Shown here one piece after another: positions 51,190 to 63,658 of a stretch of DNA of 64,000 nucleotides (positions are counted from its first letter, which is position 1; each line of letters opens with the position of its first letter). Source of the stretch: Gekko japonicus (taxonomy: Eukaryota); the NCBI RefSeq assembly GCF_001447785.1, contig NW_015161962.1, forward strand, positions 206,494-270,493. Direction: 5' to 3'. A program made the position numbers and the translations under genes. The notes under the pieces are model-generated. The model made no database searches, had not been told where the DNA came from, and was given only the letters and a program-made list of their open reading frames with translations.

Positions 51190-51970
51190 GTTGTTGTTCA
51201 GTTGCACAGTCGAGTCCAACTCTTCGTGACCCCATGGACCAGATCACGCCAGGCCTTCTGGTCTTCCGCCGTCCTCTGAAGTTGGCTCAATTTCATGTTC
51301 GTTGCATCTATGTCACTGTCTAACCATCTCATCCTTTGCCGTCCCCGTCTTCTTTGACCTTCAATCTTTCCCAGCATCAGGGTCTTCTCCAGTGAGGGCT
51401 CCCTTCTCATTGGGTGGCCAAATTATTTGAGCTTCAGTTTCATTATCTGGCCTTCCAGGGAGCAGTCAGGGTTGATTTCTTTTAGGATTGACTGATTTGA
51501 TCTTCTTGCAGTCCAAGGGACTCTCATAAGAACATAAGAGATGCCAATGTTGGATCAGGCCAAAGGCCCATCCAGTCCAACACTCTGTATCATACAGTGG
51601 CCAGAAATACCAATGCCATCAGGAGGTCCACCAGTGGGGCCAGGACACTAGAAGCCCTCCCACTGTTGACCCCCCCAAGTACCAAGACGACAGAGCATCA
51701 CCTGCCCCAGAGTCCCTATCTATACCTTGTGGCAAATAGCCACTGATGGACCTCTGCTCCATATGCTTATCTAATTCCCTTTTGAAGCCGTTCTCTCAAG
51801 ACTCTTCTCCAGCACCATAGTTCAAAAGAATCTATTCTTTGGCGCTCGGCCTTTCTTATAGTCCAACTCTCGCAGCCATACATGACTACTGGGTATACCA
51901 TTGCTTTGACCTTGCAGACTTTTGTTGGCAGGGTGATGTCTCTACTTTTTATCATGCTGCTTAGGTTCGC
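51190..51970 (-). mobile_element. BovB 3' fragment interrupted by a CR1 tail (~51525-51790, -)
   Basis: 'ITLPTKVCKVKAMVYPVVMYGCESWTIRKAERQRIDSFELWCWRR','EKTLMLGKIEGQRRRGRQRMRWLD'. Confidence 0.9.
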
Positions 51971-52439
51971 CAGAAATGTGCCTGCACACAGAAGGTCACA
52001 CCTTAAATAAGCCTTTGTTGGTCTTAAAGGAGCCCCTGGACTCAAACTCTGTTCTGCTGCTTCAGACCAACAGGACTGCCCACCTGAATTATATTGATAT
52101 GGCAATTACTGTTGTGTTGTTTTTTTAAAGATCGTGTGCGGGTTGTGGTATGGCAGGGGCATGGAGCAGAAACAGTGAATGCTGCCTTGTGAAAGCCCCA
52201 TGGCTGCTGCCTCGTGTCTTTTAAAGAACAAAATCCATAACTGTTGGAGGTTCTTACTTTACTACAGGGGACGGTTGACGTTACCTCCATAACTGGCATT
52301 AACGTGGCAGCTCATCTCTGGGGCTCGTAGGGGCCACAAGACTTCTCTTTTGCTGAGCTGCCCACATCACTCAAGAACGAATACACTCTGGGACAACTTC
52401 TTCCAACTTTGTTTAGCCTGGCAGCACTCTGGTTCCATG

Positions 52440-52830
52440 CCACTGTAACACCAAGACTAACTACTGGAATGCACTGTACATAAGCCTGCCCTTGAAGTCA
52501 CTTTCAAGACTCCAGTTGGTACAGAATGCCACAGCACCGCTACCATTGGGAGCTAGGTGGAGCATGCATATTACAACCATTCTGCAGATAGGCCATTGGC
52601 TGGCCATCCGTTACTGCTGGTTTCAATTTGAGGTCCTGCCTATCATCTGTAAGGCCTTTCAGGAACTTGGACCCTCATATCAGAGGACCGCACCTTTCCC
52701 TTTGTCCCGCCATGACAGCTTTGCTCATCTGAGCAGGGCCTTCTGCGGATGACACCCTGTAAACAGGCAGGACCAACAGCTGTCCTAATGTGCCCTACCC
52801 ACTTGTGGAATGCCCTGCCTGAGGAGGCAG
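52440..52830 (+). mobile_element. Degenerate L2 fragment
   Basis: 'RLQLVQNA','HWLAIRY..FEVL..CKAF'. Confidence 0.7.
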
Positions 52831-52968
52831 TTTGTTTCTGCTGTATGACTAGCACACATTTGGCCAATCTTTTATGAGGGTAGTTGACGTCACCCAGTAT
52901 TACAACATTTTCCACTTTAGTTGCCTCCTTTATTTTCCTTTCCATCTTGAGAGACCCGCCATGGTTTT

Positions 52969-53557
52969 TGTGACAAAATGGCTGCCAGGCAGAGGCAGCA
53001 GAGTATTTTAAAATGGATGCCAGCCTGGTAGTCCTTAGGAGGGGGGAGGTACTCCATAGGGAACGATGGAGCTGCCATACCTCCCTGCCTACAGTTCCCA
53101 GAAGCAGTAGGGGAAAAGAGCAGGAAAATATGGACACACCCCAGGGCCGGAGCCAGGCAGATAAAGGCTTGGGCTCCTGAGGGGGGGAGTGGACAGGTGG
53201 GAGCTCCTGTTGCCTCAAACTCCAGGGCATCCAGGCCGCTATAGACCGTGGTGGGCAGCCAGGAGGGCAACAGGACCAGTGAGCAGTCCAGCGAAGGGCT
53301 GTGGGGTTTCTCCACAACAACAGGAGGGGGGAAGCAAAACCCATCCCGAGGCCCACGACCTCCGGGGACAGAGAGGGTGTGTGTAGGGGACAGAGGATTG
53401 GTGTTTTAAATCGTATTTATTTTCTGCCCAGGTTGTGTTAATGTGCTTGTGTTTATTTTCTGCGCTTAACTTGTATATAGTTAAAATAAACCTTGTTGAG
53501 TTAAATAAGACCTGCTTTGCCTTGACCACCTAGTCCTCCCCACTTAGCACGTTACCA
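52969..53557 (+). mobile_element. Possible solo LTR
   Basis: TGTGAC...GTTACCA termini, AATAAA ~70 nt before the end; no clear TSD. Confidence 0.4.
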
Positions 53558-54324
53558 GGGGCAAAGGGAGGCTAGAGAAACGCAAACGGGCAAATCGTAG
53601 GGGTTGCCAACTCTCCAGGAGGTGCCCAAAGATTGTGGTGCCAACTTCCCAAGGACTGGGGAATCACCCAGAGGGGTCTCACTGTCCCTCTAGGAAGGCG
53701 GTGTCCATTCAGTGAGTGGTGGTAGTGTGTAATGAAGGGAAATAGCCCCACCAGGAAATGGTGGGAAGGCCAAAACGGGCTTGCGAGCCACAGAACGGCT
53801 GCTCAGTCTCCCAGGGCTGAGGGCAGGTCCCCGTTTCACCACAGTTTTGATCAGGGAAGCAATAGTAGACCTCCACTATTAAGTAACCCTTAGGGCCCAG
53901 TATGAGCTTGTCAACCTCCAGGTGTGGCCTGGAGATCTTTGGGAAATACAACTGGTCTCCAGGTGACAGAGATCAGTTTCCCCAGAGAAAATGGCTGCTT
54001 TGGAGGATGGACTGTCTGGCATTGTACCCCCACTGATGTACCTGTCCTCCCCAAACCCCACCCTCCCCAACCTCTACCTCGAGTTTTCCTGGAATTTCTG
54101 AGCCCAGAGTTGCCAACCCTACCCCGGTAGCTCCACCCAAAAGAGATTCCGAGGAGGAGTTCCTTAGCCCGTTTGACTCTATGATCTCTTGGATCTACAA
54201 AGGAACACCACATCCAGAGGTGGCAGGAATGAAAGTGAACAGACAGAAGAGAAAGATCATTACGAAAAATAGAACACAACCTATAAAAAAAGTGCTGGTT
54301 GAGAAGACAGGATTTCAATCAGAA

Positions 54325-56560
54325 TGAAGAGTGAAGTTCTTAGGTCTTACCTTGACAAATAAATGTAGTACGTTGATGGAAGACAGTTATATGGAACTAT
54401 TTAAAGCAATCCAAAAAGATGTAGACAAATGGAATACCTTGCAGTTATCATTAATGGGAAGAATTTTTGTTGTTCAGTCGCACAGTCGAGTCCGACTCTT
54501 CGCGACCCCATGGACCACATCATGCCAGGCCCTCCTGTCTTCCGTCGTGCTCCGGAGTCTGCTCAACTTCATGTTCGTTGCATCTATGTCTAACCATCTC
54601 ATCCTTTGCCATCCCCTTCTTTGACCTTCAATCTTCCCCAGCATCAGGGTCTTCTGATCAGGGAAGAATAGCCACGATTAAAATGAATATCCTTCCTAGA
54701 ATAATTTTTCTTTTTCAAACTATTCCAATTTTACAGAAGCAATCATACTTCCAGGAACTGAATAAAATAATGAAATTTATATGGCAAGGGAAGAAATCTA
54801 GAATAAAACTGAAGGCATTACAGGATTCTATGCAGAATGCAGGTTTTGGTCTTCCAGACTGGGGAACATATTATTTATTATTTATTTATACCCCGTCCTC
54901 CCAGCCGAGGCTGGCTCAGCTTGTGCACTGACATGGATTAAAGAATGGATAAGAATTGAAAATACTAGATTGCTAAAACTGGAGGGACATGATTTAAAAC
55001 TAGGATGGCATGCCTATCTCTGGTATCAAAAGTAGACAATCACAAATACTTTAAAAACCATTTGATGAGGAAAGTACTGCTGTTAGTATAGGAAAGAATC
55101 AGACATAAAATATATGTGACGATCCCAAAATGGGTCTCTCCGGTGGAAGATAGGCTGAAGTCCAAAGAAGAATTAGAGGAACAAGGTATATATTTGGATT
55201 GGTGGACGAGAGTACAGTTGGAATCTAGATATGCTAAAGATAAACCTCAGGGGTTCGATGCAGAACAATCGGCTTTTAATACACTTTTAAATGAAACAAA
55301 TTATAAATTAAGACATTTTACGTGTATGTGTTACAGATAAAAATGGAGGATGAGGTGATTAAAGAATATATGATAAAATGGGCCAAAAGTTTGGCTATAA
55401 TATTGATTTTGGTTATTGGTTGCAAATATGGAAAACAAATGTTAAAATAACAAAATCAGTTTCCTTTAAAGAGAATTTATATAAAATGTTCTATAGAATC
55501 ATAGAATGTTAAAGTTGGAAGGGATCTTGCAGGTCATCTAGTCCAACCCCCCCACTCTGCAGGAGCATAGCCGAAAGAGAGCCCTACAACATACCCGAAA
55601 GGTGGTCATCCAGGCTCCGCTTAAAAACGTCAAGCTGAGGAGCCTCCACCACCTCCCGAGGTAGTCTGTTCCACTGCTCAACCACTCTGACAGTTAGGAA
55701 GTTTCTCCTGATATTTAGCCGGTATCGACTCCCTTGTAATTTCCACCCATTAGATCTAGTCTTGCAATATAGGCCAGAGAAACTAGCCAGAATGTACCCT
55801 GGAATGTCTGACAAATGCTGGAAGTGTAAGATACAGTTGGGAAGCTTTTTTCATGTTTGGTGGAAGTGTAAAGAGGTGATGTTATATTGGAGAAGGGTGC
55901 ATGAAATGTTACAAAAAATATGTTTGATATGTTTTTGCTTAATATTATGCCTGATGTAAAAGATAAGAAAGTTAAGCACTTAATTATACATATAGTTACT
56001 GCAGCAAGAGTTCTCTATGCTAAGTACTGGAAGAATGCAATAAGAGAATCACAGCTCCAAATACAAAAGAAAAAACAAGCTGTGTGCAAACATTATACAG
56101 AATCAATGCTCAAAACACATGGACATTTTTTATAGTGCTGATGTCAAACCATATATAAATGACAATGATACAAAGAAGGAAAGGAGGTCCAAAAAGGTCC
56201 AGGTTGACGAAGTTTCCCGAAATACAAATCCGTTTCGACTGGCTTCATCTGAACAGGACCTCATGAAACAGTAGGATGTCTTCCAAGTATCATTCATCAT
56301 AAAGTATGATAGCGAAGATCATATCACTTCATAAAACTCTCATCATGCTTTAGTGCTATATTCTACAGTTGCAGTGAAATATTCCAGAGACATTCAGAAA
56401 GGAGGGCAGAAGACATCAGAGATACCAACAGAAAATGAACTTTTGACAAAAAAAAAAATTGAAACAGCAGAAATGGATATATTGTCGAACCAAAGTGAAC
56501 AAAAAGCGAGAGACGATTGGATACCTGGGTGGAAAGAAACCTTGAAGACCACGAACAATG
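54325..56560 (+). mobile_element. L1-clade LINE ORF2 3' part, interrupted by BovB (~54465-54655, -) and CR1 (~55494-55768, -)
   Basis: 'KFLGLTLT','WNTLQLSLMGRI|ATIKMNILPRIIFLFQTIP', CCHC 'CWKC..FFHVWWKC'; 9-bp TSD gggaagaat around the BovB. Confidence 0.85.
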
Positions 56561-56799
56561 AACATAACCCTTATAAACTGGGAGAAACCCTAACTTGAAC
56601 TGTACAGAACTTGACTTTCTTCAGGAATCATAATAGAAGATTTTAGCGATCTGATGAAGCGTCACTAGCTTTAGTACAAGTATAAACGAAAGAGCTCTGG
56701 AAACAAAAAACTGAGACTGGACATTTGTAACAGCGAATCTATAAGCTGGATGGAACTTCCCTTTATGCCTCACCCCCATCCCCTCCCTGCCCTATTACG

Positions 56800-57326
56800 T
56801 GTTAAAACCCAACACAAATCCATGAGAAGAGGGGGGGGCGGGGGGAAGGCCGCATCCAGCCACATCTCCAGGGCGGCAGGCGGGCAAAGCCACCGTGGAG
56901 CCCACCGTGCCTGTGGTGGCCCCCCCCCCTGCGCCGCTCTGTATCTCCTCCTGATACGAAACACGACACATGTCACGGTCCCCGGCCAAAGTCCTTCCTG
57001 CGGCCCTTCCTGACACGCCCGCCCAGGGAAGGAACACGGGTCGCCACTCTGGGCGTGTCAGGAAGACTTCCGGGGCGAGAGGGAGGAAGCCCCTCTGTTT
57101 TGGCCCAGCCGCCTCCCTCCCGGAAGTGACGTCTACTCCCTCCTCCCCGCCCTTCCGGGAAGCGTCGCCGTGCGTGCGCGCGCGCGCGTGACCCCGGGGG
57201 GGGTGAGTCAGGGTGAGGGGGCGGACGAGGAGGCGTTTCCGGTTCCGGCGGCAGGAGCAGCAGCAGCAGCAGCTGGGGGTGGGAGGACGGCGGCGACGGA
57301 GAGCGGCTGAAGCCAGGCAGGGAGGC
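56800..57326 (+). promoter_or_regulatory. CpG-island promoter/first exon region of ETV3
   Basis: CpG-rich; CCGGAAGTGACGTC at 57120-57133; several further ETS cores; runs into N gap. Confidence 0.75.
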
Positions 57327-59024
57327 NNNNNNNNNNNNNNNNNNNNNNNNNNNNNNNNNNNNNNNNNNNNNNNNNNNNNNNNNNNNNNNNNNNNNNNNNN
57401 NNNNNNNNNNNNNNNNNNNNNNNNNNNNNNNNNNNNNNNNNNNNNNNNNNNNNNNNNNNNNNNNNNNNNNNNNNNNNNNNNNNNNNNNNNNNNNNNNNNN
57501 NNNNNNNNNNNNNNNNNNNNNNNNNNNNNNNNNNNNNNNNNNNNNNNNNNNNNNNNNNNNNNNNNNNNNNNNNNNNNNNNNNNNNNNNNNNNNNNNNNNN
57601 NNNNNNNNNNNNNNNNNNNNNNNNNNNNNNNNNNNNNNNNNNNNNNNNNNNNNNNNNNNNNNNNNNNNNNNNNNNNNNNNNNNNNNNNNNNNNNNNNNNN
57701 NNNNNNNNNNNNNNNNNNNNNNNNNNNNNNNNNNNNNNNNNNNNNNNNNNNNNNNNNNNNNNNNNNNNNNNNNNNNNNNNNNNNNNNNNNNNNNNNNNNN
57801 NNNNNNNNNNNNNNNNNNNNNNNNNNNNNNNNNNNNNNNNNNNNNNNNNNNNNNNNNNNNNNNNNNNNNNNNNNNNNNNNNNNNNNNNNNNNNNNNNNNN
57901 NNNNNNNNNNNNNNNNNNNNNNNNNNNNNNNNNNNNNNNNNNNNNNNNNNNNNNNNNNNNNNNNNNNNNNNNNNNNNNNNNNNNNNNNNNNNNNNNNNNN
58001 NNNNNNNNNNNNNNNNNNNNNNNNNNNNNNNNNNNNNNNNNNNNNNNNNNNNNNNNNNNNNNNNNNNNNNNNNNNNNNNNNNNNNNNNNNNNNNNNNNNN
58101 NNNNNNNNNNNNNNNNNNNNNNNNNNNNNNNNNNNNNNNNNNNNNNNNNNNNNNNNNNNNNNNNNNNNNNNNNNNNNNNNNNNNNNNNNNNGGGGGTGGG
58201 GGGCACTGTCGGACGAAGGGCACTGCTGGGCGGGTGGTGTCGTTCCCCAACGCCAGACAGAGCTGCGCAGGTGTTTGTTGACGCCTGGCTTTCCTCCAGG
58301 AAACACACCCGGAAGAACCACTTCTGGGGAGGAGAGGAAGCCCCCCCTCCCCCCAGGGCCCTGCGCACCGGAGGTGGTGGTGGTGGTCCTCCTCCTCCTG
58401 GGAAAGGTGGCCAGGCAGCCAGGCAAAGGGTGTGTCCAGACAGGGGAGTATAAAGGCTCCGGAGCATTGTTGGGGCTGGGCTGCTAATCCCTTTCATGGC
58501 CCCGCTTATCAGCAGAGGTGGAGCTGGGGAGGGGGGGAGGGCTGCTCCAGCCCAGCTGTAGGGCTCTTCCTCTGTGTGGAGGAAGCCACCTGCCCTTCAG
58601 AGGCTGCTGTGGGTGGCCTGCCCATCGGTACCCCTGGCGCCGCCATGCTGGTCGCGTGGGAGGCCCTGTGAAGGGCGCAAGAGGTGTGGGGGTGCATTCC
58701 CCGGGTGGGCCCTGTGTACGGAAGGCCTGCTGGGTCACAGTAGCCCTTGAGAGCTGGGGGGTCGTTCCTGACACTGTTTCCAGCCCTCTGCACGTCCCTG
58801 GCGCTCTCCCCTTGTTTCCCGGCTTTGCACGTCTGGGATAGTCACTCCGGCTTGGCTTGGTCACAGCTTCAGGGCCTCCCGAGGGTGGAAACCCGGCCTG
58901 AAGGTGGCCTCCTTTCTGCCCTCTTGGTGGCTGTCCCTGTGTTGCTGTTCAGAAAGGCCACTGTGTGATCCAGGCTTAGAAGTACTCTGCCTGCCTCTTT
59001 CCAGTTCTTTGCTCATTTACACAG

Positions 59025-60430
59025 CATGTGATTGAAACGTGGAGCTTGCTACCAGAAGATGTAGTGACGGCCGTAGGCATAGTCAGCTTTAAAGAGGGAG
59101 TAAACAGATTCATGGAGGAGAGGTCTGTCGGTGGCTACTAGCCACGGTGACTAAAGGGAACCACCATGTTCAGAAGCAGTCAACCTCGGAATCCCAGGGC
59201 CAGGAGGCAACATCAGGGGAAGGACTCAGCCTCCATGCCCTCTTTTTGGCCCTGTAGACGAACTGGCTGACCCCTGTGTGAGACGGGAGGCTGGACTGGA
59301 TGGCCCCTCCCTGGTCTGACCCAGCAGGGCTCTTCTGATGTTCTTCTCAGGGGAAGGCCTCTGCCTCTCTGCCCTGTTTTTGGACCTCCAGAGGAACTGG
59401 TTGAGGCCCCTGTGTGAGACGGGATGCTGGACTAGAGGGACCCTCCCTGGTCTGACCCAGCAGGGCTCTTCTGATGTTCTTCTCAGGGGAAGGCCTCTGC
59501 CTCTCTGCCCTGTTTTTGGACCTCCAGAGGAACTGGTTGAGGCCCCTGTGTGAGACGGGATGCTGGACTAGAGGGACCCTCCCTGGTCTGACCCAGCAGG
59601 GCTCTTCTGATGTTCTTCTCAGGGGAAGGCCTCTGCCTCTCTGCCCTGTTTTTGGACCTCCAGAGGAACTGGTTGAGGCCCCTGTGTGAGACGGGATGCT
59701 GGACTAGAGGGACCCTCCCTGGTCTGACCCAGCAGGGCTCTTCTGATGTTCTTCTCAGGGGAAGGCCTCTGCCTCTCTGCCCTGTTTTTGGACCTCCAGA
59801 GGAACTGGTTGAGGCCCCTGTGTGAGACGGGATGCTGGACTAGAGGGACCCTCCCTGGTCTGACCCAGCAGGGCTCTTCTGATGTTCTTCTCAGGGGAAG
59901 GCCTCTGCCTCTCTGCCCTGTTTTTGGACCTCCAGAGGAACTGGTTGAGGCCCCTGTGTGAGACGGGATGCTGGACTAGAGGGACCCTCCCTGGTCTGAC
60001 CCAGCAGGGCTCTTCTGATGTTCTTCTCAGGGGAAGGCCTCTGCCTCTCTGCCCTGTTTTTGGACCTCCAGAGGAACTGGTTGAGGCCCCTGTGTGAGAC
60101 GGGATGCTGGACTAGAGGGACCCTCCCTGGTCTGACCCAGCAGGGCTCTTCTGATGTTCTTCTCAGGGGAAGGCCTCTGCCTCTCTGCCCTGTTTTTGGA
60201 CCTCCAGAGGAACTGGTTGAGGCCCCTGTGTGAGACGGGATGCTGGACTAGAGGGACCCTCCCTGGTCTGACCCAGCAGGGCTCTTCTGATGTTCTTCTC
60301 AGGGGAAGGCCTCTGCCTCTCTGCCCTGTTTTTGGACCTCCAGAGGAACTGGTTGAGGCCCCTGTGTGAGACGGGATGCTGGACCGGATGGGCCCTCATT
60401 GGTCCGACCCAGCAGGGCTCTTCTCATGTC
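59025..60430 (+). repeat. CR1 3' end expanded into a 136-bp tandem array (~9 units) in ETV3 intron 1
   Basis: Identical ORFs every 136 bp from 59338 to 60290; unit matches CR1 3'UTR (cf. 18820-18940). Confidence 0.92.
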
Positions 60431-60885
60431 CATTTGGTGGCTTTGCTCATGGGTGCAGTCACCAGAGGGATCAGAGGTGCTCACTTCCTGTATCTCAGGT
60501 GCTCTGTAGGGGAGTGAGAATCACCAGCAGCAAGAGCCGATCCCCCTGTCCCCCCCCCCCAGTCTGCATCCGGAGGCCTTGCGCTCTGTTTCTCTGTCGC
60601 AGCACTTTCTTTGCTTTCCCTGGGTCAGTGGCAAGCTGGGAGGGTGAGCAAGCACTCAATGCTACGTTTGGAGCCTGTGGTTAGAATTAGGGTGGGGTGT
60701 AATTACAGCCGTTGATGGCCGAGAAACCCCTGGGCACACACTTGGAGAGGTGGCCCAGTGGGGCAAAAGAGACTTCGCGAGGCTGAGTGGCTGGAATACC
60801 GTGTGTGGTGACCGCATCTGGGTAGGTAACTCTCCCTTCTCTCTTCCTCCCCACAACCCCACCCCTCTCCAGCAGGAGGAGAACA

Positions 60886-60931
60886 ATGAAGGCCGGCTGC
60901 AGCATCGTGGAGAAGCCAGAGGGAGGCGGAG
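60886..60931 (+). CDS. ETV3: ETV3 first coding exon
   Basis: MKAGCSIVEKPEGGG G|gtgag matches the ETV3 N-terminus and distinguishes it from ETV3L/ERF. Confidence 0.93.
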
Positions 60932-61451
60932 GTGAGGCCCCCCCCCACCTTGATCCTTCTGATTGTGACACTGGGCAGATGACTTGTGCCAGAGTAAATG
61001 TCCCCCTAAAGGGCCGCTTTCCCCCGTGCTCACCCTTCTGAGGTTCCGTTGACCTTGGCTTCACTTATGAAGCGCTTCCAGATAGGGCTGTGAATTGGTG
61101 AGGCAGGAAATATCATGCCCGGATGGGGGGGTTGCCCCCCCCCCCCCCCCGAGCAGGGCACCAGGCACCTTGAAACGTCTACGAATGTTAAGCAAAACCC
61201 AAATGAACGAGGGAGGGAAGCCCGAAACTGCCTGATGCCAAGAGGGTCTGACCTGGGGTCTCCCAAGCTGAAAGACCCAGCAGCTTCCGTGCGTCATCGC
61301 CGCCGCCGCTGACAGGCGCTTTTAAGAGTGCACGTTGCGTTTGCCGCCTTTGCGTGACCCCCGAGGAACTGGTTAGCCTTCCTAAGTAACACTGCCAGCT
61401 TTTCACTCTAAAACCCTGCGCGCACCTTGAACTCTGGGATGGTTTTCCTCA

Positions 61452-61738
61452 CCAGTTTGGTGTAGTGGTTAAGGGTGCGGACTCTAATCTGGGAGAACCG
61501 GGTTTGATTCCCCACTCCTCCACTTGCACCTGGCTGGGTGACCTTGGGCAAGCCGTAGTTCTGATAAGGCCTTTCCTCAAAAAAGAGCCGTTTCTGTCAA
61601 GAGCTCTCTCAGCCCCACCCACCTCACAAGGTGTCTGCTGTGGGGAGGGGAAGGGAAAGGAGTTTGTGAGCCGCTCTGAGACTCCCTTGGGTAGTGAAGA
61701 GCCATGGGGTATAAATCCAATCTCTTCTTCTTCTTCTC
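61452..61738 (+). mobile_element. Squam3-type SINE
   Basis: Family sequence. Confidence 0.8.
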
Positions 61739-61987
61739 CTCATGAGCATGTGCAAGGTTAGCTTTTGCTGCGCAAGTTTTCACCAGTTGAGTGGCTGTTA
61801 AGAGACTGGCTGAAAAGGTCTTGCGAAAACTCTGCAAAGCGGGATGGGGTGTGTGTGTGGACAGCTCAGTGGCATCACTGGGATTTGGCCAGAGCCGCTC
61901 TTTGCCTTCAGGAAGGGGGGCTCACTCGTGGACGGGGTGCCGCCTGTTGCTTTCTAACGATGCCCTTTCTGGCGTTCGGCTCTCCAG

Positions 61988-62225
61988 GCTACCACTTCCC
62001 CGACTGGGCCTACAAGACGGAGTCCAGCCCGGGCTCCCGCCAGATCCAGCTCTGGCACTTCATCCTGGAGCTGCTGCAGAAGGAGGAGTTCCGCCACGTC
62101 ATCGCCTGGCAGCAGGGAGAGTACGGGGAGTTTGTGATCAAGGATCCCGACGAGGTGGCGCGGCTGTGGGGCAGGAGGAAGTGCAAGCCCCAGATGAACT
62201 ACGACAAGCTGAGCCGGGCCCTCAG
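61988..62225 (+). CDS. ETV3: ETV3 second coding exon (ETS domain N-part)
   Basis: cag|[46 protein letters not shown]|gtcag; 238 nt. Confidence 0.96.
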
Positions 62226-63264
62226 GTCAGCAGGGGGGCAGTGCCGGGAGGCGGCAGGGCAGGGTGTTCTTGTGCATCCTGAAGGGAAACCCTCATTTCG
62301 GACTGGCCCAGGCCTTTCCGCAGGGTTTGGCTCTCTCCTGGCACGTGGCCACGGACCTGCCTCTTGCATGCGGAACTCTGCAGTCTGAAATGCTTGGGCC
62401 CGCGTTCCTGGAGCCGAGACCCCTGTGCGTGGAACTGGCCTTTGAGCAATCAAAGCGTGGGATTTCCAGGAGAGTTCCCGACCTTGTTCTCCTTTGAAGC
62501 TCGGGTGATGTCAATAAGAGCCTTGAGTTCTTTGTTGTAGCTGGTAAGCCAAGAACGGCTGGTGTTCCTGATGAGCAGCAGCTGGCTTTCCAGGGCTCAA
62601 TTCCATTATTGCAGAAGCAGGATTAATGCTGGTTTTCCGGGCAGTTGGAGATTTGGAGCGTGGGCACTGGAGATCTCCCCACTGCTTAGTGGGTGTGTCT
62701 CAGCTTAGGTCTGCCACGGGTCCTTTCATGGGCAGCACTTCAGGGCTGGTCGCTGCCACTTGGCGACCAACCCAGGGGGGGGATCTGCTTCCCTGAGGTG
62801 CTGGCCACCATGCGCCCCGGCGAGCATTTGTCATGGCTTTGGCTGTCCCAACTGGGCTCTGGCCACCCGCGGCCCTCCCCCCATGCCCTTGGCCGAGGCC
62901 TTGGCCTCCTGAGACCCACCTGCAGCAAGAGCTCTGGGCAGGTGGGTGGGCGGGCAGGGCACAGGCCAAGACAGGCAAGGCCAAGCGGGTGGCAGTTTAT
63001 AGAGTGGAAGAGGAAGGAAGTAATACACTGAAAAATGCAAATGTACTGGTAGATTCCTGGGGAGGGAAGCAAAATTCTTAGTTTTTGTTTTCAGTTCTGC
63101 TGAGGCTGGTCGTGGGGAGATGAGTCAGCGGGGCTTCCCCTCTCCCTGGCCAGCTGGGTTCCCTCGCCATCCCTTCTGGCTGAGGAGCGGAACCCAGCTT
63201 GAACTGGGGGAGGGAAGGTCCCCAGGGTTTTATCTCCCAGGGCAGGAGGCGTGTGGTAGAGAAC

Positions 63265-63520
63265 CATATGGAGCAGAGGTCCACCAGTGGCTCTTAGCCA
63301 CAAGGTATAGAGAGGGACTCTTGGACCGGGGCAAGGGATGCTCTGTGTTCTTGGTGCTTGGGGGGGGGCAACAGTGGGAGGGCTCCTGGTGTCCTCCTAG
63401 CCCCACTGCTGGACCTCCTGATGGCCCCTGGTATTTTTGGCCCCCACTGTGTGACAGACAGAGTGTGGGATTGGACAGGCCATTGGCCTGATCCAACATG
63501 GGCTTCTCTCTTGTGTTCTT
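63265..63520 (+). mobile_element. CR1 3'UTR fragment
   Basis: Similar to 15060-15310. Confidence 0.8.
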
Positions 63521-63542
63521 ACGGTCTCTCATTTTCCTGCAG

Positions 63543-63658
63543 ATACTATTACAACAAGAGGATCCTTCACAAGACCAAGGGGAAGAGGTTCACCTATAAG
63601 TTCAACTTCAATAAGCTGGTGATGCCCAACTACCCGTTCATCAACATCCGGCCCAACG
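63543..63658 (+). CDS. ETV3: ETV3 third coding exon (ETS domain C-part); last exon outside window
   Basis: cag|[39 protein letters not shown]|gtgag; 116 nt. Confidence 0.96.

Noticed and set aside
59338-60517. Eight repeated ~71-aa ORFs
   Set aside because: By-product of a 136-bp CR1-UTR tandem repeat.
61765-62388. Calling the ETS gene ETV3L or ERF
   Set aside because: Upstream exon MKAGCSIVEKPEGGG and the [13 protein letters not shown] segment match ETV3.
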